From Octopus vulgaris (Eukaryota), in assembly GCA_951406725.2 (NCBI GenBank), contig OX597832.1, positions 3,100,001-3,164,000 on the forward strand: a stretch of DNA of 64,000 nt, in the 5' to 3' direction. Each line of letters starts with the position of its first letter. The first letter of the stretch is position 1. Under the pieces are notes generated by a model. It saw only the letters and a list, made by a program, of their open reading frames with translations. It searched no databases and was not told the origin of the DNA. Of the stretch, positions 12,991-26,688 are shown one piece after another. The translations under genes and the position numbers were made by a program.

Positions 12991-13989
12991 TATTATTGAA
13001 TAACTAAAAAAAAAAAACACTCAAAAAGACCATAAAAGAAAGATATTAATAATAGATGTAATTAGTAATTGACATGGACATGCAAACATCAAAAACAAAC
13101 AATGAAATTTTTTTTTTCTTTGACCCTTTTGCAGTTTTTTTTAATATGAAATTTTCAAACAAACCAAGTTACTCTCTTCAAAAACAATATACCCAGGTAT
13201 ACAAAAAAAAAAAAAAAAAAACACTAAATAAAAGCAAAAATTCAGTAACATCTGCAGTGATTCTAATAGTGAGCATTACAGAATCTAAGTAACAAATATA
13301 AACTAGGGTGTTTTGGTTTCAGGCAGTTTAGGATTGGCAGATTCATATTATATAGAACGAGACATCTTTTTGCAATGTTTTTATTCATAAATGCAATACA
13401 CAGTTGTAATTATTTTTATTATCTGATGTCATGGCGCAGTGGAATATCAGACAAAATGCCTTGCAGCTCTTTATGTTTTAAGATCAGATCCTAAGAAGAT
13501 CATCATAGGCACTTCATCAATCCTATCAAGTGCTGTGGTTTGTGTAATGGTCTACCCATCCATCCCTAAACATGCTGGGCTTTTACTTAGAATTGTTTCT
13601 TGCATAGGCACAAGGCCAGAAATTTGAAAGAGAAGAGTAGTCTATACAACTGATCTCAACATTTGACTCTATTTTTATTAAGCTCAAAAGAATCAAAAGC
13701 AAAGTTAACTTCAGCAGGATTTGCAAAGTACCACAAGGTATTGTGTCTGACTCACTTTCTCATATTTGCACAGGTGGGGTGGGATGGTTTATGTGAAGCA
13801 AAATTGTTTTTAAAGATGGATGTTGCACATAGCTAATCACCAACCATGGTGTTGGAATGGAATGGTTTTTATTCAGTCAAGGCAAGTTGAAGCAATTAGT
13901 GTTAGGTCTTGCTCAGCTTCTATTACCTAGGCAATCAAGTTAGCAGTGGGGGAGGGAGTTCTAAAAGTGTAGTTGCTAGAATAAGAATA

Positions 13990-14420
13990 GGCTGGTCAAA
14001 GTTTCCACCTTTGTTGTAACTAGGAGCCTCTCCTTGTATGATGCCTGTGTACATACAGCTATGTTACATGGCAGTGAAACATGAGCTTTGACTACAGAGG
14101 ATTTGCAAAGGTTTAAAAGAAATGAAGCTAGCATGCTCTGCTGGATGGGTAATGTCAGTGTGCAACCACAACAGAGTGTAAATGATTTAAGAGGAAAACT
14201 GGGTATAAGAGGCATCAGATGTGTGCAAAAGACTGCACTGGTTTGGTCATGTGATGTGTATGAATGAGGACAGTTTCATAAAGAAGTGCTGATCTCTAAC
14301 TGTTGAGGGTACCTGTGGAATGGGTAGACCCAGGAAGTCATGGGATGAAGTGGTGAGAAAGGATCTTTGGATGCTGGGCCTCACTGAGGAAATGGCAATT
14401 TTCTGTACTTGCTTGAGTGA
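13990..14420 (+). mobile_element. Decayed RTE LINE 3' fragment
   Basis: Disrupted frame LYDACVHTAMLHGSET*AL...RNEASML.W; homologous to 53490-53900. Confidence 0.7.
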
Positions 14421-16239
14421 CTCCTCCCAATACATTTATGCATCATGCAATTAAAGAGAATGAATTATTGAAATTAGTCGTTACTCATTTTCCCCCCAGT
14501 TTAGTCTTCATCTTTTAAAGACTATCAGGTTAGGCACTAGCATGTGAAAAATTAACTTGGAATCTAACAGAAAAAAGAATATCAATAATTAAACACCAAA
14601 AATTATCTAGATATTTTATTAGCAATCCCAGTAACAATCCAGTCGAAGTTGAGAAAAAATTTCTTGTAAAGAAGTACCTGTTACCTGACTGTTTCAAACT
14701 CTAACTTCAGCAGCAACAACTATGTTAACCGATTTTCACTCCCAATGATGATGCAATACTTGCATTGTAATGGTTTCAAACAGGTCAGGAGAAAATAATG
14801 AGAAATCAGAAATTACCAATTTAGCCCAGTGTCTCCCCCACCCCACCCCACCCCACCCTTTATATACACGCACACATGTAATGTAACTGTTTCATAGTGA
14901 TGGAATCCTTCAGCAAAACAGCTACAGAGTAGATCCAAGATACCTAATTCACAAAACACTAAATTGTGATCACTGGAATACCAATGCATGAATAACTATT
15001 GCTTATTAGACTAATATGAGCAGGAAAAAATGGCAGTACCTGCTTCTACATTAGCTAGCAACAAATCCTTTTTAAGAACAGTCTATAATCTTCCATGTGT
15101 TTTTTAACTCCTGTAATGCTGCCTGCATATACATTCCCCAATCCTATTAGAAACTAGAGGTTTCTATGAAATCCAGTTCAGTATAGAAATGCTGAAACTA
15201 TATGACATTGAAATAGCACTGATTATTTTTTTTACATGTACAAATTCTCCAATAAAATCATTAATAAATATCAATTCTAACACCACTGATGCTTAAAAAT
15301 TGAAGGAAGAAATTGGAATTCAATGAATAAGACAATAAATGTGGCTAGTGCAAACAGAGTTCTTTCTAAAATCAGGCTAAACTTTGTTTCTCATACAGAT
15401 GGAGTGCTTCCTGTTTTCTCTCTCTCTCTCTCTCAAGAATATCACTATTTGAACTGTGGTTCAGAATTTGGTGATAGTTGCTGTTATCTGCAGTACAGGA
15501 TTTTTAGAGTTAAAGTCCTATCACAAGTAAGATACCGGGCTGCTCTCAGAGAAAAGATGTGTTATCCTCCTGACATCAGAATCCATCCTAGTCAAAGCCA
15601 TCACTTTCATACTCTTGGTCTTTATAAGTAAAATGTGGGCAAGAGAAAACTAATGGTTTAAGTACCTGCAACAGAGCACTAAAGGTGCACTCCTGAACCA
15701 AGCAGCAGTGAGTTCATTATTTTTCTACAATGCTGCAGCTTATGCTAAAATGAAGAACCATGTGATAAATCTGATCATCACTTGTAGAGACTATCTGAAA
15801 GTATATCTAGGAAATTATGTGTACAAGCAAAACGCCCCCCATCCAATGGACGGTGCAGAGTTGTCAAACATTTAAACCAAATTTTCTCAAAACAACTTGT
15901 CCAACCGTCCCATAGATCAATGATACCTGATGAGTGCACTGACACAAACAACTATAGTATAAGATCAGTTTCAATAGTTTTTAGCTGACAGATTAAATAA
16001 AATGATTGCTTTACATTCATACTATGAAACCAAGTGAATCAGATAACAAACAATCGAGATAAATGAAAGAAGGAACATTTCATGAGCAAGTAAAGACATT
16101 AAAGGTTGTCGAGATTAATGTCAACACAAAAAGGCAAGGTGTACATATTTTAAATGTAAATGCTATGCAATTGAACTTCAACTTTAGGGAAATAACTGTC
16201 TTCTCGCCGTAAAAACACCAATACCTTTCAAACAATCTT

Positions 16240-16667
16240 GAAGCACTCCGTCGGTTACGACAACGAGGGTTCCGGTTGATCTGACCAACGGAACAGCCTT
16301 CTCGTGAAATTAACATGTAAGTGGCTGAGCACTCCACAGACATGTGTACCCTTAACGTAGTTCTCGGGGATATTCAGCGTGACACAGAGAGTGACAAGGC
16401 CGGCCCTTTGAAATACAGGTACGACAGAAACAGGAAGTAAGAGTGAGAGAAAGTTGTGGTGAAAGAGTACAGCAGGGATCACCACCGGTCTGGGAATCGA
16501 AACTGCAATCCTACGACCGCGAGTCCGCTGCCCTAACCACTGGGCCATTGTGCCTCCTACAGGAGATGTAACAGTATTAAAATAAAGGACTTACGTATCC
16601 TGGAAATAATGTTCAGAACCTCTTTCTGTTTCACGAGTTGTATTATTTGTATTGTCAGCATCCTCTT
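16240..16667 (-). mobile_element. Inverted copy of family A SINE plus ~110 bp of its upstream host exon/intron (source 473-961)
   Basis: Reverse complement matches 473-961, including exon codons and the GTAAG donor, with a ~61-bp internal deletion. Confidence 0.9.
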
Positions 16668-16821
16668 GTATAATGAAGGATAGCTATGTATTCCTTTTAT
16701 AGCAAGACATTTGTGCTCGTCCCTCTTTATACATTAGCTTTTCAGTACCTGGCATAAAGCCCCCACATGGTTGTGAGGGCTTTTTTTTTTCTGTCTTGCA
16801 ACTTTGTGACTTCACTAGTGT

Positions 16822-16990
16822 CATTGGCATGAAACAAGACCCAGTACACTGTAAGGTGATTGGCATTAGGAGCATCATCCAGCCATAGAAAACATACCAA
16901 GGCTGACACTGGAGTTCAGCATAGCCCTGCGGCTCACCAGATCCTGTCCAACCCATGCCAGCTTGGAAAAGGGACATTAAATGATGATAT
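16822..16990 (+). mobile_element. Decayed family D element
   Basis: TTGGCATTAGGAG...CATCCAGCCATAGAAA...CAACCCATGCCAGC...(GAT)n. Confidence 0.6.
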
Positions 16991-17294
16991 CTGTATCATC
17001 ACTTTGACATGTTTTTTCCATGATGGCATGGACTGAACAGATCTCTTCCATGACAGTGTATTGTTCCTTGTGATCCTTTTGTCATCAGGTATTACATACT
17101 GGTATGAATAATTACAACTAACAAAAATATACAAAGATCTTTCACAGTGCAGATGAGAATGAACAAATAATAATAGAAGTACCAGTGTGTCATGTCCTAT
17201 ATCTGGTGTGTGGCTTTTCAGTGTCCACACCTACAAAAGAGGTTAGTCTCATATTAGCATCGCTATAATATTGTTTAACATTTATTACTTAATA

Positions 17295-17725
17295 AGACAG
17301 CTGACAGAATCTTAAGCACACTGGGCAAAATGTTTAGCAGCATTTCATCTATCTGTCCTGAGTTCAAATTCCGCTGCAGTTAACTTTGCCTTTCATCCTT
17401 TCAGGGTCAATAAAATAAGGACCAGTTGAGCACTGGGGTTGACGTAAACAATTTACTCCCTCCCCTGAACTTGCTGCCCTTGTGTCAAAATTTGAAACAA
17501 ATATTTATTACCTATAAGGCAGTAAACTGGCAGAATCGTTAGCGTGCTAAACAAAATGCTTAGTGGTATTTCTTTCAATTTACATTCTGAGAACATATGC
17601 TGCCAGGATCAACTTTACCTTTCATCATTTCAGGGTCGATAAAATAAGTACCAGTTGAGTACCGAAATGGATGTAATTGACTTACACACTCCCGCGAAAT
17701 TGCTGATCTTGTGCAAGATTTGAAA
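17295..17725 (+). mobile_element. Two tandem family C SINEs
   Basis: Homologous to 26978-27172 (GAGTTCAAATTCC, TTCAGGGTC(G/A)ATAAAATAAG(T/G)ACCAGTTGAG). Confidence 0.75.
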
Positions 17726-18077
17726 TGAATATTTTTCACTTTCTAAAACAAAAAAAAAAAAAGACGGCTTTAAAGTATCACCTGAGAATGACCCAAGGTC
17801 AAACAAATGTGCCAATATCTAAATAAAAACTATTATAAATTGTATATTTGTTATATATTGAGTCCTACACATATAAGTAGTCCACTTAGATGGAAATAAT
17901 ACAATGTTATACACACACAAGGTGTTCTTGCTAAATATAACGACTTTGTATGTCAACTTTTTCAGGAACATCTTGCTGTATTGGTGAACAATCAACAGCA
18001 TTAGAGAGTATAAAGTTGTTGAGAAAATGTTTGTGGACATGGACAACTGGAAGCCATCTGAATATTAGAAAAGAGCA

Positions 18078-18295
18078 AGGTAGCAAGATGGCAGAATCAT
18101 TAGCACACTGGGCAAAATTCTTGGCAGTATTTTGTCTGACTTTATGGTCTGCATTCAAATTCTACTGATGTTGACTTTACCTTTCATCCTTTTAAGAGTC
18201 AATAAAATAAGTACCAGTTGAATGCTGAGGTTGATGTAATCCACTTACCCCCTCCCCTGAATTTTCTGGCCTTGTGCCAAAATTTGAAACCAATA
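18078..18295 (+). mobile_element. Family C SINE
   Basis: Same family C motifs as above. Confidence 0.7.
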
Positions 18296-18329
18296 TTAAA
18301 AGAGTTACCTACATCATGATAATTTGCAC

Positions 18330-18921
18330 TGGGTATCAAAATGCTGACATCGTGATGGCTGCACTGTACTCTGTGAACACTAAAGGCTGTACGATGTGAC
18401 ATGGCCATCACAAAGACTAAGTTCTCTCAAAGTGTGATGGTCTTTAGGTGATTCTCCAGTGAGGGTGACATCTTTGAATAAAGCCTTAGGCTCAATTCAG
18501 ATGGTTATGTGAAGCTGCTGGAGACTGATCAATCCCTGACAGGAGTAGGTTGCTGCTGGAAGGCCATATGTGTAGCAGCAGCATTTGGCTATTTGCTATT
18601 CTTCTGGAGAGTGAGAAGTGGTTATTGGAGAAGTTCTACAACTTCAATCCCAATTTCTGACATTGTAATCCCATGGACTACTATCTTGAGAAAGACACCA
18701 ACAGTTCTGCCTGCAACACCAAGGACATGTTTCAAGATCTCCGAGAGACACTGAGGAATGCATGTGCCAGGTTCCAAGAGCTGTCTTGAAGTTGTGGTGG
18801 AAGCTGAGGGCATCTACTTTGAGTAAACTGTTAACTACCAGCCATAAACTAGTTGATATTTTTTTTTCAGTGGGATATTGTTTCTTTTTCCTTTTATGCA
18901 AACTGTCAAATTTAGCCTGAA

Positions 18922-18923
<2 letters not shown>
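18330..18923 (+). pseudogene. Decayed Tc1/mariner-superfamily (maT/DD37D-like) transposase remnant
   Basis: Fragmented frames VMVF..SSEGD, LRLNSDGYVKLLET, AGRPYV*QQ, SDCNPMDYY-like, NACARF..CLEVVVEAEGIYFE*. Ends next to a TA run. Confidence 0.65.
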
Positions 18924-18969
<46 letters not shown>

Positions 18970-18970
<1 letters not shown>

Positions 18971-19160
18971 AAGTTAATTCAAACATGAAACCACAACAAT
19001 GTGAGGATGTGGAACAAATATAGTATTATTTGGACGCTCAGGAAGGAGGGTTTTACATTTCGAGCGGAACTCTTCGTCAGAAACATAGGAAAAGGAAAGA
19101 TCCAGAGAAGGGAAAACGGAGGAAAAAAAATCGCCAACAGTACACACGTGGTCACATTTT
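18970..19160 (-). mobile_element. Penelope pLTR-like repeat inserted in a TA run
   Basis: Flanked by (TA)n and contains a minimal hammerhead motif. Confidence 0.5.
19050..19084 (-). ncRNA. Minimal type I hammerhead ribozyme motif (degenerate)
   Basis: GTTT-CTGACGA-AGAG ttccg CTC-GAAA-tgTA-AAAC: stem I GTTT/AAAC, stem II GAG/CTC, stem III palindrome ACGT apparently mutated to ATGT. Confidence 0.5.
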
Positions 19161-20950
19161 ATATATATAAAGGAAGTGAGGACTGAAATCCTTGAAAGGG
19201 ATGTCAAACATTATTGAAGTTTCCTGAAGTATTACAGTAAAAATGATCTTTTTTGTCCTCAAACCCAGAAGTGTTTTCCATTTTGGGAGATGAGAGCATG
19301 CAATTGTATTTTTTCTCAAAAAAGAAAAAGGTGTGTTTTATCTAAATTGAATACAAGTTGGAGAGAATAGTTGCTATCCTTGATGACACCCTTAAAAACT
19401 TGAGGAAATTCCTTGGTTACGTCAGTGCCAGCATTTGAAACTTCTTTGGAGATGCTGATGCTGTATAGGTTACACTGCTAATTGAATTTATTGAACCAAA
19501 CTTTGCTAGCTGTGGAAATGTCTGAAGATGATTTTTGCTGCTTCTATTATAAGTTGGCTTAACTTCATGTTGCATTGCATTTCATTGTTTACTCATAAGG
19601 CAAGCATATCTTAAATTTTCCTTAAAGACTTATCGATATATAGCTGACTTTCTTCAGATTCCCATCACCTAAATATTTGCAATTTTACATCCAATGAGAA
19701 ATATGAGAAAGACTCTGAGAAAGAAATATGTAAACATGAACAAAGAACAGTTGCATAATTCGAGCAATGTTCAGATACGAGGGCAATGTGATAAATGATT
19801 TGGTATCTTCATGCTACATGCTACAGCATACTGAGCAAGATTTTCTTTTAACTTTTTATCAATGAACTCATCCTTTCTCTATCCCTGCTACAAAAACATT
19901 TAATATATATTAAAAAAAATGTTATAAATCTTCAAATTAAAAGTAAATAAATATAAAATGTGGAATTTTCAAGATCCCACTAGTTATTAGAATAATTTAA
20001 AGCTATCCTACTGAAAATGTTGCCAAAAAAAAAGAATGCCATAGTAAATAAGCACTAAATGGAGTAGCACGAAGCAGTTTACATCTATCTATAAATTTAA
20101 CATGCAAGATTATATCTATATAAAAAAACATTTAATCTAGCATTTATTAAATTTTTTTGTTTGTTACAAAGTAGGTGGCAGATGGAAACATTTTAATAAG
20201 AACCCAACAACTTGAAAACCTAGCTATATTCATGATTTCTATGGTGATACTGTGTGGACTAAGATCCTCTTTGACAGGTCACTAGTATGTCTTCAGAGCA
20301 ACTTAATTTAAGCATACTAAGTTGGATAGTCAAAGGTTGCAATATTGGTTAACAGAGATATACTGTTTATAGGAGACATGATATTTGAAATCAGTAGGTG
20401 ATGTTACAACCTTTCATATCATCTATATTATGTATAACCGATGAAGCATGACTACGATAAAAAACATTTAACAGTCCAGAGCCCAACTCAATGTGTTATT
20501 CTCCAAGACAACTACTGCAACAAAAGTCATTCAAGGTTGGAGCATAAACGAGCATGTTAAATATAAATATTAAAATGTTCCAGCTATGACTATCCTATCT
20601 TATATTCAGATAATATATTTAAGACTAATTGGATCATTCCTTTTTTAAGCTGGCTGGGTGTTGTTTGAGGTAACTTGGCTGCTTTTTCTAGCAGACTGAA
20701 TTATCATATACAGGCACCATTGCAATCCAAATGTGTGTAATGTGTGAAAATATATCATTGAGTACAATCAGAAAAATATTCTGATCATGGTATTATGAAA
20801 ACCAAAATATAGGTAAATAATTTGCATTTTATCAAGGATACAGAAATGTAAAATTTTTGTTTCACAATGTGAAGACTAAATACAATTATTACTCCAAGAT
20901 ATTTTTTTTATTTCAACAATCAAATTAACTTGTCTGTTACATTTGTTACT

Positions 20951-21019
20951 CTAGATTAATTTATTGTGCCGGTCTTTGTACATTATTTCACCATTACGAA
21001 TTTTTCTTTCTTGTCCTTC
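20951..21019 (-). CDS. NDUFB4: NADH dehydrogenase (ubiquinone) 1 beta subcomplex subunit 4, exon 3
   Basis: ttttag acceptor; EGQERKIRNGEIMYKDRHNKLI*; minus-strand AATAAA at 20907-20912. Confidence 0.9.
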   Translation of the reverse strand, partial: EGQERKIRNGEIMYKDRHNKLI

Positions 21020-21187
21020 CTAAAAAGAATAAAAAAAGAAAAGAATTGAAGTACAAATAATATACATGATTTGTGTAGCCTAAGCAATACAAGAAACTGA
21101 AGTTGATTATGTTATAAATGATTTTAAAAGGAATTCATTGGAGATTATAAATCCATTTAGCAAAATTTTTTTATAGGAAATACTTAC

Positions 21188-21331
21188 TCTTTCCTTATAT
21201 ATTAAATAAGTAAAGACTGCAATTGGAACAACCACAAAATTTAAGCCGACCATCACAGACTTGAATGATACTTTAAAGTAATTAAATCCGGTTACACGCA
21301 TTGAATAAAAGCGCTGCATTTGAGGATCAAA
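21188..21331 (-). CDS. NDUFB4: NDUFB4 exon 2, containing the transmembrane helix
   Basis: aacag / gtaagt, 144 nt; FDPQMQRFYSMRVTGFNYFKVSFKSVMVGLNFVVVPIAVFTYLIYKER matches the B15 'DPA..R' plus TM pattern. Confidence 0.9.
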
Positions 21332-24300
21332 CTGTTAAAAATAAAATGAGAAAAGATTGTAAATTTTTCATAGCTGCAATATTTAATTATTTTTCAAATG
21401 CTAATTACTTACATGAGCATAATAAAAACAAGTGTTTAGTAGTCAGTTTATTCACCACCAACCTAAAATGTATAATTCTTTCAAGCCTCAAAATTCAACA
21501 GGATTTTACATCAGCAAATTACTAGATTGCTTACCTATCTATTCAATTTTTTAAAATTATTATAATTAACATTCCCCATAAGAAAACACCATTGCACCTT
21601 ACTTCATTACTTATGAACAGTATGTAGCTAGAGTCCTCATGATTGCTCCAAATGCTACAGTTCACTATTATTAAAGGTGAATGCACATCCTTAACGTAGC
21701 AAAGACTGCATCCAAAAAACGTTTTTGTTCAGAGTCAGAAAATACTCAACATCATAGGTCTCAGCTAAGCTACAAAGCTTAAGTGAGATCCAGTATTTGT
21801 AACTGTGCTGCTAGTACATAGACATCCCATGTAGCATCCAGAGAAAGGCAACTTGACTGAATGGTAAAAGTTTTTTTGCTGCAACTACAATGGCATCTAC
21901 TCCTAGGAACTGAACAGTATTATGCCACCACTGCTCATGTTGTGCCTACACCTTAAACCCTGCACTAACCACCATGCTCAATCTTTCCATTCCAGATCAT
22001 CAAGCCTCTGGGTCTCCCTCCTTATATATCTTTCCTGCAGTCAACTTGTACCAGTTTATGGTAACAGCATCAATACCACCAGTCATAAATGGCTTGCAAA
22101 AGTGATGGGCACATCTACTTTCCCCAAATTAACTAATAGAAATAACAAAAAGTTCAAACACAACTATTATTGTTGACTGCTTGTGTTTAATTCAGTTCAG
22201 ATATTGTTGCTCCTTCTGTTGTTCTCTTTTATCTTCAAGAATACAGGACAAAGATCAAGCTATACTATTAGCTACAAACTGGAAGTTATAAACTAAATAA
22301 AGAAGTCTAGTGGCAGAACATATTTATGGGCCACCACATAGAAAAACTTATAGATACATGAGAACTGCATGAAGACAAACTCTCAACCGCTAAAAAATAT
22401 ATAAGCATAATCTTCATTAATGAAAAGCAAAATGAAAAAGTTGAAGTGAATGTATACAAGTGACAGATAAGCAATAAAGGTACACCTAATATTCTATCTT
22501 ATAGAACAGATGATACAAAATATATTCATCCAAACTATATGAGCATGAGAAAACACAAGTAAAACTGATTTATTAAGACCAGTATTTCCAAATTTTATGG
22601 CTTAATTCATTTAGTAACAATTCAGTAATTTATCATTGCAGTAGTTGGATAGAATATATCTCACCATATTTAGGAATCTCCGTGCTTTTAGAGACATACA
22701 CCAGCAGTGGTAAAGTTCTTTTCAAGAACTATTGCTCAAAGAAATCGACATCTAAATATTATCAATATGAAAGGTAAGCCTTCTTGCTAGTTGAATCATC
22801 CACTCAACAGGTTACGATTTTAAATCTCATTTTAAAAAAAATGCATTTCTCAGAAAGGTATGAGGAAACAAAAGTTGGGTGCAGTGAGGCAGCAATCTGT
22901 AGTTATACTTCATCTTTGTTTCTAAATTTTCCTCATTTTCATTACCCAGCCTTGTATTTTGAGGTGGAATCACATTACTGACAGCACCACTTCTCAAATT
23001 TTGTTTTTAATTTTAGATTTCCTGAATGAATAAAGACACTCACCAGCATGTAGCAGAAGGGTGTAATGCCTTTATTAAGCTTGGTTGTTTAAGCTTAAAT
23101 ACCACAAAATAGGCTCACTTTTCTGTCCATTGAGTCACTAGTGGCATGTATTGTCCAGTTGCTAACTGTCCAATCATGTGTTTGCAATGTGGGAAAGACC
23201 ACTTTGTCTCTGGAGCCTACCCAGAGTTATAAAAACCATTGTATTCTGCCTCTTTGGGTCTTTGGCAGCAGCCATTTACCATGCATACCACATCTCTTTG
23301 GACCGGCATCGATGAACCAGTCTTCTCCAGTTTTCATCATTACCGCAACAGACAGCAGACCATCAACAGACCCAGAAGAACTGAAGTCATTTAAATCCTT
23401 GTTCCAGACTGTAATATAGCCATCATTCTCTTTTGGCATTCTTATTTTTATGAGAGGAATAAATCATTTCTTATTCAACTTATCTAAATCTTGTGGTTTT
23501 ACTTCTTTCCCCATTATAATTGGTGACCACCCAATGCTGGAATATTTCTTTTGAAAATATACTCTAAAAAAAATTTTTTGCCCCAGCATGGCCACAGCTC
23601 GTGAGCTGAAACTAGATAAAATAAAAAAATAAATAAAAAAATAACTATGCTACAGAAAATATATTTTGAGCCTGAATGATATACATTTTGCAGTGCTTGA
23701 ACTTTGTGTTTGTATGTTTTGCTGTTTTGAATAAAATTGCTTCATGACATCAGTTAAAAGTCTCTGCCTGGATATATCATTATGTATAGCCTCAAACTAG
23801 AACAAGACATTTATAAACATTCAGTTTTCATTAAATTTCTTTAACCCAAGAGACAATGCAGTTTGGAATACAGAATTATAGCCTTCACTAGAAAAAGTTT
23901 ATTCTTACAACAGCGTCCTTCATGTAATAGTTTTGTTCATTTTCATTTGAACCATTTTTCAAAATAGCTGCCCATCTTGTTCAAGTTTCCTTTTGTTACA
24001 GGACCTTGTGGAATTTTGTACATGCACAGTGACGCAGAACATGCATGCTGCGTCTTGCTGTTGCTTAAATTTTTCCTGCTTGCCACCATTTGTTGCCCCA
24101 TTGAAGAAGATGGCTTCTGATTTCACCCAATGTTCATGTTATTGAGGACATTGCTCCTCTGATTTTTCATCAGTTGTGCCACTGCCTCAATTTACCTTCT
24201 ATTGTTAATTCATTCCTCATTGCACTGGACTTCTTTCTCCACTCACTTGACAAGAATCTGTGCATGATGAATGACACCATTTCACTAACTCCTACTCAAC

Positions 24301-25371
24301 TCAAAGCTTTCGACACTGTAAAATTCTCTCACTACAGCATCCCTCCTTGCACTCTCTGTCTCTGATGCAAAGCTTTCACTTGTGGTTAATGCATTAGACA
24401 CTGCAATCAGTGCTGTATTACAGTCCTTTCATCAGCAACACTTGCAACCTCTTATCTCCTCTGGACTCACTCAAGATTCTTCACCTGTAATCTCCATACC
24501 TGCCTGTGCCAACCTCTGCAGATCCTGTGTGACATCTCAGCATCCCACTGACTCATTGACAAGCTGTTTTTGAAACCCTGCTTACTCCGTTTCCATCACA
24601 TCTACTTCAATCTTGTTGGACCCTGGCCTGTCAGTCTTGGATACACTTCCATTCTCACTTGCTAGCCTGATACCATGCCTCTAATCGATATGTCTTACTC
24701 TGTGGCACGAGCCTTGGTATCGGGCTGGTTATTTTGCTATAGACTCCTCTCACACACATCATGTCCATTAGATTAGAGGATTTTGCAAGACTGTATATAT
24801 GAGCTGGCCCTGAATGCCTGCTTTTTCTCATTTTTGTATTTACCTTTTCCAACATTTGTTACATTGTGTTTTGTTTGTAAAATTTTTCAACGTTCTTACA
24901 CATGCCTGCACCCAGTTACACACATTGCACCATAATGTTGTGCCTTTTTATTGAGTTATATCACCATAACGGTGCCTGTTAAGCTCTTTTGCCTGACACC
25001 TTGTATGTCAGATATCTCATGCTGTCTGTGCTCTTGTCAGACACAGCTTGCCTCTATTGTTATTAATAGAAAAGGTTGTGTCTTTTGCAATGTTCCAGCA
25101 TGTAATTCTGTCTTCCTTGCTAATCTTAGCAAATGTGCACGGTAATAGTACCAGGTACATCTTTCATTTTTTTCCTAGAGCTACTGCTAGCTCACATCAT
25201 ATTCACCAATTCATATACTTTCTGCCATTATGGATGTGGTTTCCATTCTGCTATTCTTGCAATGTTTACTCATACTTGTTTTTCTTGCACTTCTATGAAC
25301 ATTTAGTTCTTGTAAACATTTGTTTTTTTTTTGTTTTTGCTGGACATTGTTTTTATACTCATTGTTTGTTT

Positions 25372-26327
25372 GGTCAGTATAAAGATCCTCACCTGTCAAT
25401 GAAAACAAAAAAAAGCCTGCTGGGTGTTAACAACTGTGTAGAAAACGAATATACAAAAAAATTGCGCAAACGAACCTTGGAGGGGGGACTTTCGGAATAT
25501 TCACAAGATCCGATTTTTCCCTCATAACTTTCAGGAAATGGATAATATATACATATATATATATAATTTTTTTTTTTTTTACGGAATCTCACTTTTTAGG
25601 CTATTGAGAATCTGAATCCGATTCTGAAAAAAAATTGTTTGTAAAATTTCAATTTTTCAAAAAAGATAAAAGATAAGATACACCAACCCCGTCCCTTCCC
25701 AATTCTACGGCCTTGGCCTTCAAGCAGACTATCCACATGCTAGAAATAACAGCCGAATCTCACAAAACTGCGATAACATGATGAAAGAAATATGTAATCA
25801 ATCTACTCAGCTTTCTGCAAAGATTAATTTCCTGCAGTAATATGAAAATGTAATTCATATGAAATTAAAGTGTTCATTTTTTTTTTTTTTTTAAAGTTAC
25901 AAAAAGATATGAGTGCTGAAATAACAGCAAACTCCTTTGAAAAAAGAAAAGTAAAAATAGCTAAGAAATACTGTGACAAAGTGAAATTAAAGAGAATCAT
26001 TCGACAAGCGCAAAACATCGTGTGTTGTGGAACTGAAAATGGTCTTGCGAACTTGAGATTTGGTTGTTATTTCTAGCATGTGAATAGCCTGCTTGTTGGT
26101 GTTTTCTTTCTTTCTTTTTTTTTTTTTTTTTAATATATATCCATTTTCCTGAAAGTTATGAGGGGAAAATCGGATCTTGTGAATTTTCCGAAAGTCCTCT
26201 CCCCACCTCCAGGTTCGTTTGCGCAATTTTTCTTTTAATATTCGTTTTCTACACAGTTGTTAACACCCAGCAGGCTGGGTTTTATTTTTATTTTTTTCGT
26301 TAACGGGTGAGGATCTTTATATTGACC
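25372..26327. mobile_element. Foldback MITE with ~175-bp terminal inverted repeats in NDUFB4 intron 1
   Basis: 25372-25545 is the reverse complement of 26140-26327 (GGTCA(G/A)TATAAAGATCCTCACC...). Confidence 0.8.
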
Positions 26328-26526
26328 ATTTCTTCCATAGGTATGAAAATTCATGTCCTTAAGAAAGGCATGATGAAGCTCGATCTTTTCGCTAAAATAA
26401 TACAATCTTTGAACCAAGTCAGAGGTTCCATACACCTATAAATCTAAATATTTTCCTATATTTAACCAATAAACGATAGTAAATTTCTGTAAGTACAAAT
26501 AATCGCAAGTTTATTGTAATACTTAC

Positions 26527-26688
26527 GATGTAACCTCCAGTGCCTTTGTATGGGTCGGTAACTTTCTTTTGCCATTCACCTTTGAGTTTTTCTCTCATCA
26601 AAGCACGTTCTTCCATAGCCTTTCTCTCTTTTAAAGACACATCGTACATTTTCCAAGGATCCCATGTTTTCTTAATGACTCCAGTCAT
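26527..26688 (-). CDS. NDUFB4: NDUFB4 exon 1
   Basis: ATG at 26688, gtaagt donor; MTGVIKKTWDPWKMYDVSLKERKAMEERALMREKLKGEWQKKVTDPYKGTGGYI. Spliced total 124 aa. Confidence 0.9.

Noticed and set aside
15920-15966. CTGATGA-GTG..CAC-AAAC hammerhead-like string
   Set aside because: Lacks G12 of GAAA and has no coherent stem I/III; the context looks like a decayed Helitron end.
17190-18060. Possible minus-strand exons between SINEs
   Set aside because: Acceptor-like sites exist, but there is no consistent reading frame or recognisable protein.
23040-25330. Coding-like composition inside NDUFB4 intron 1 (e.g. ORF 23227-23439)
   Set aside because: Frames are short and interrupted, and no recognisable domain or splice-consistent model emerged; probably an ancient repeat.
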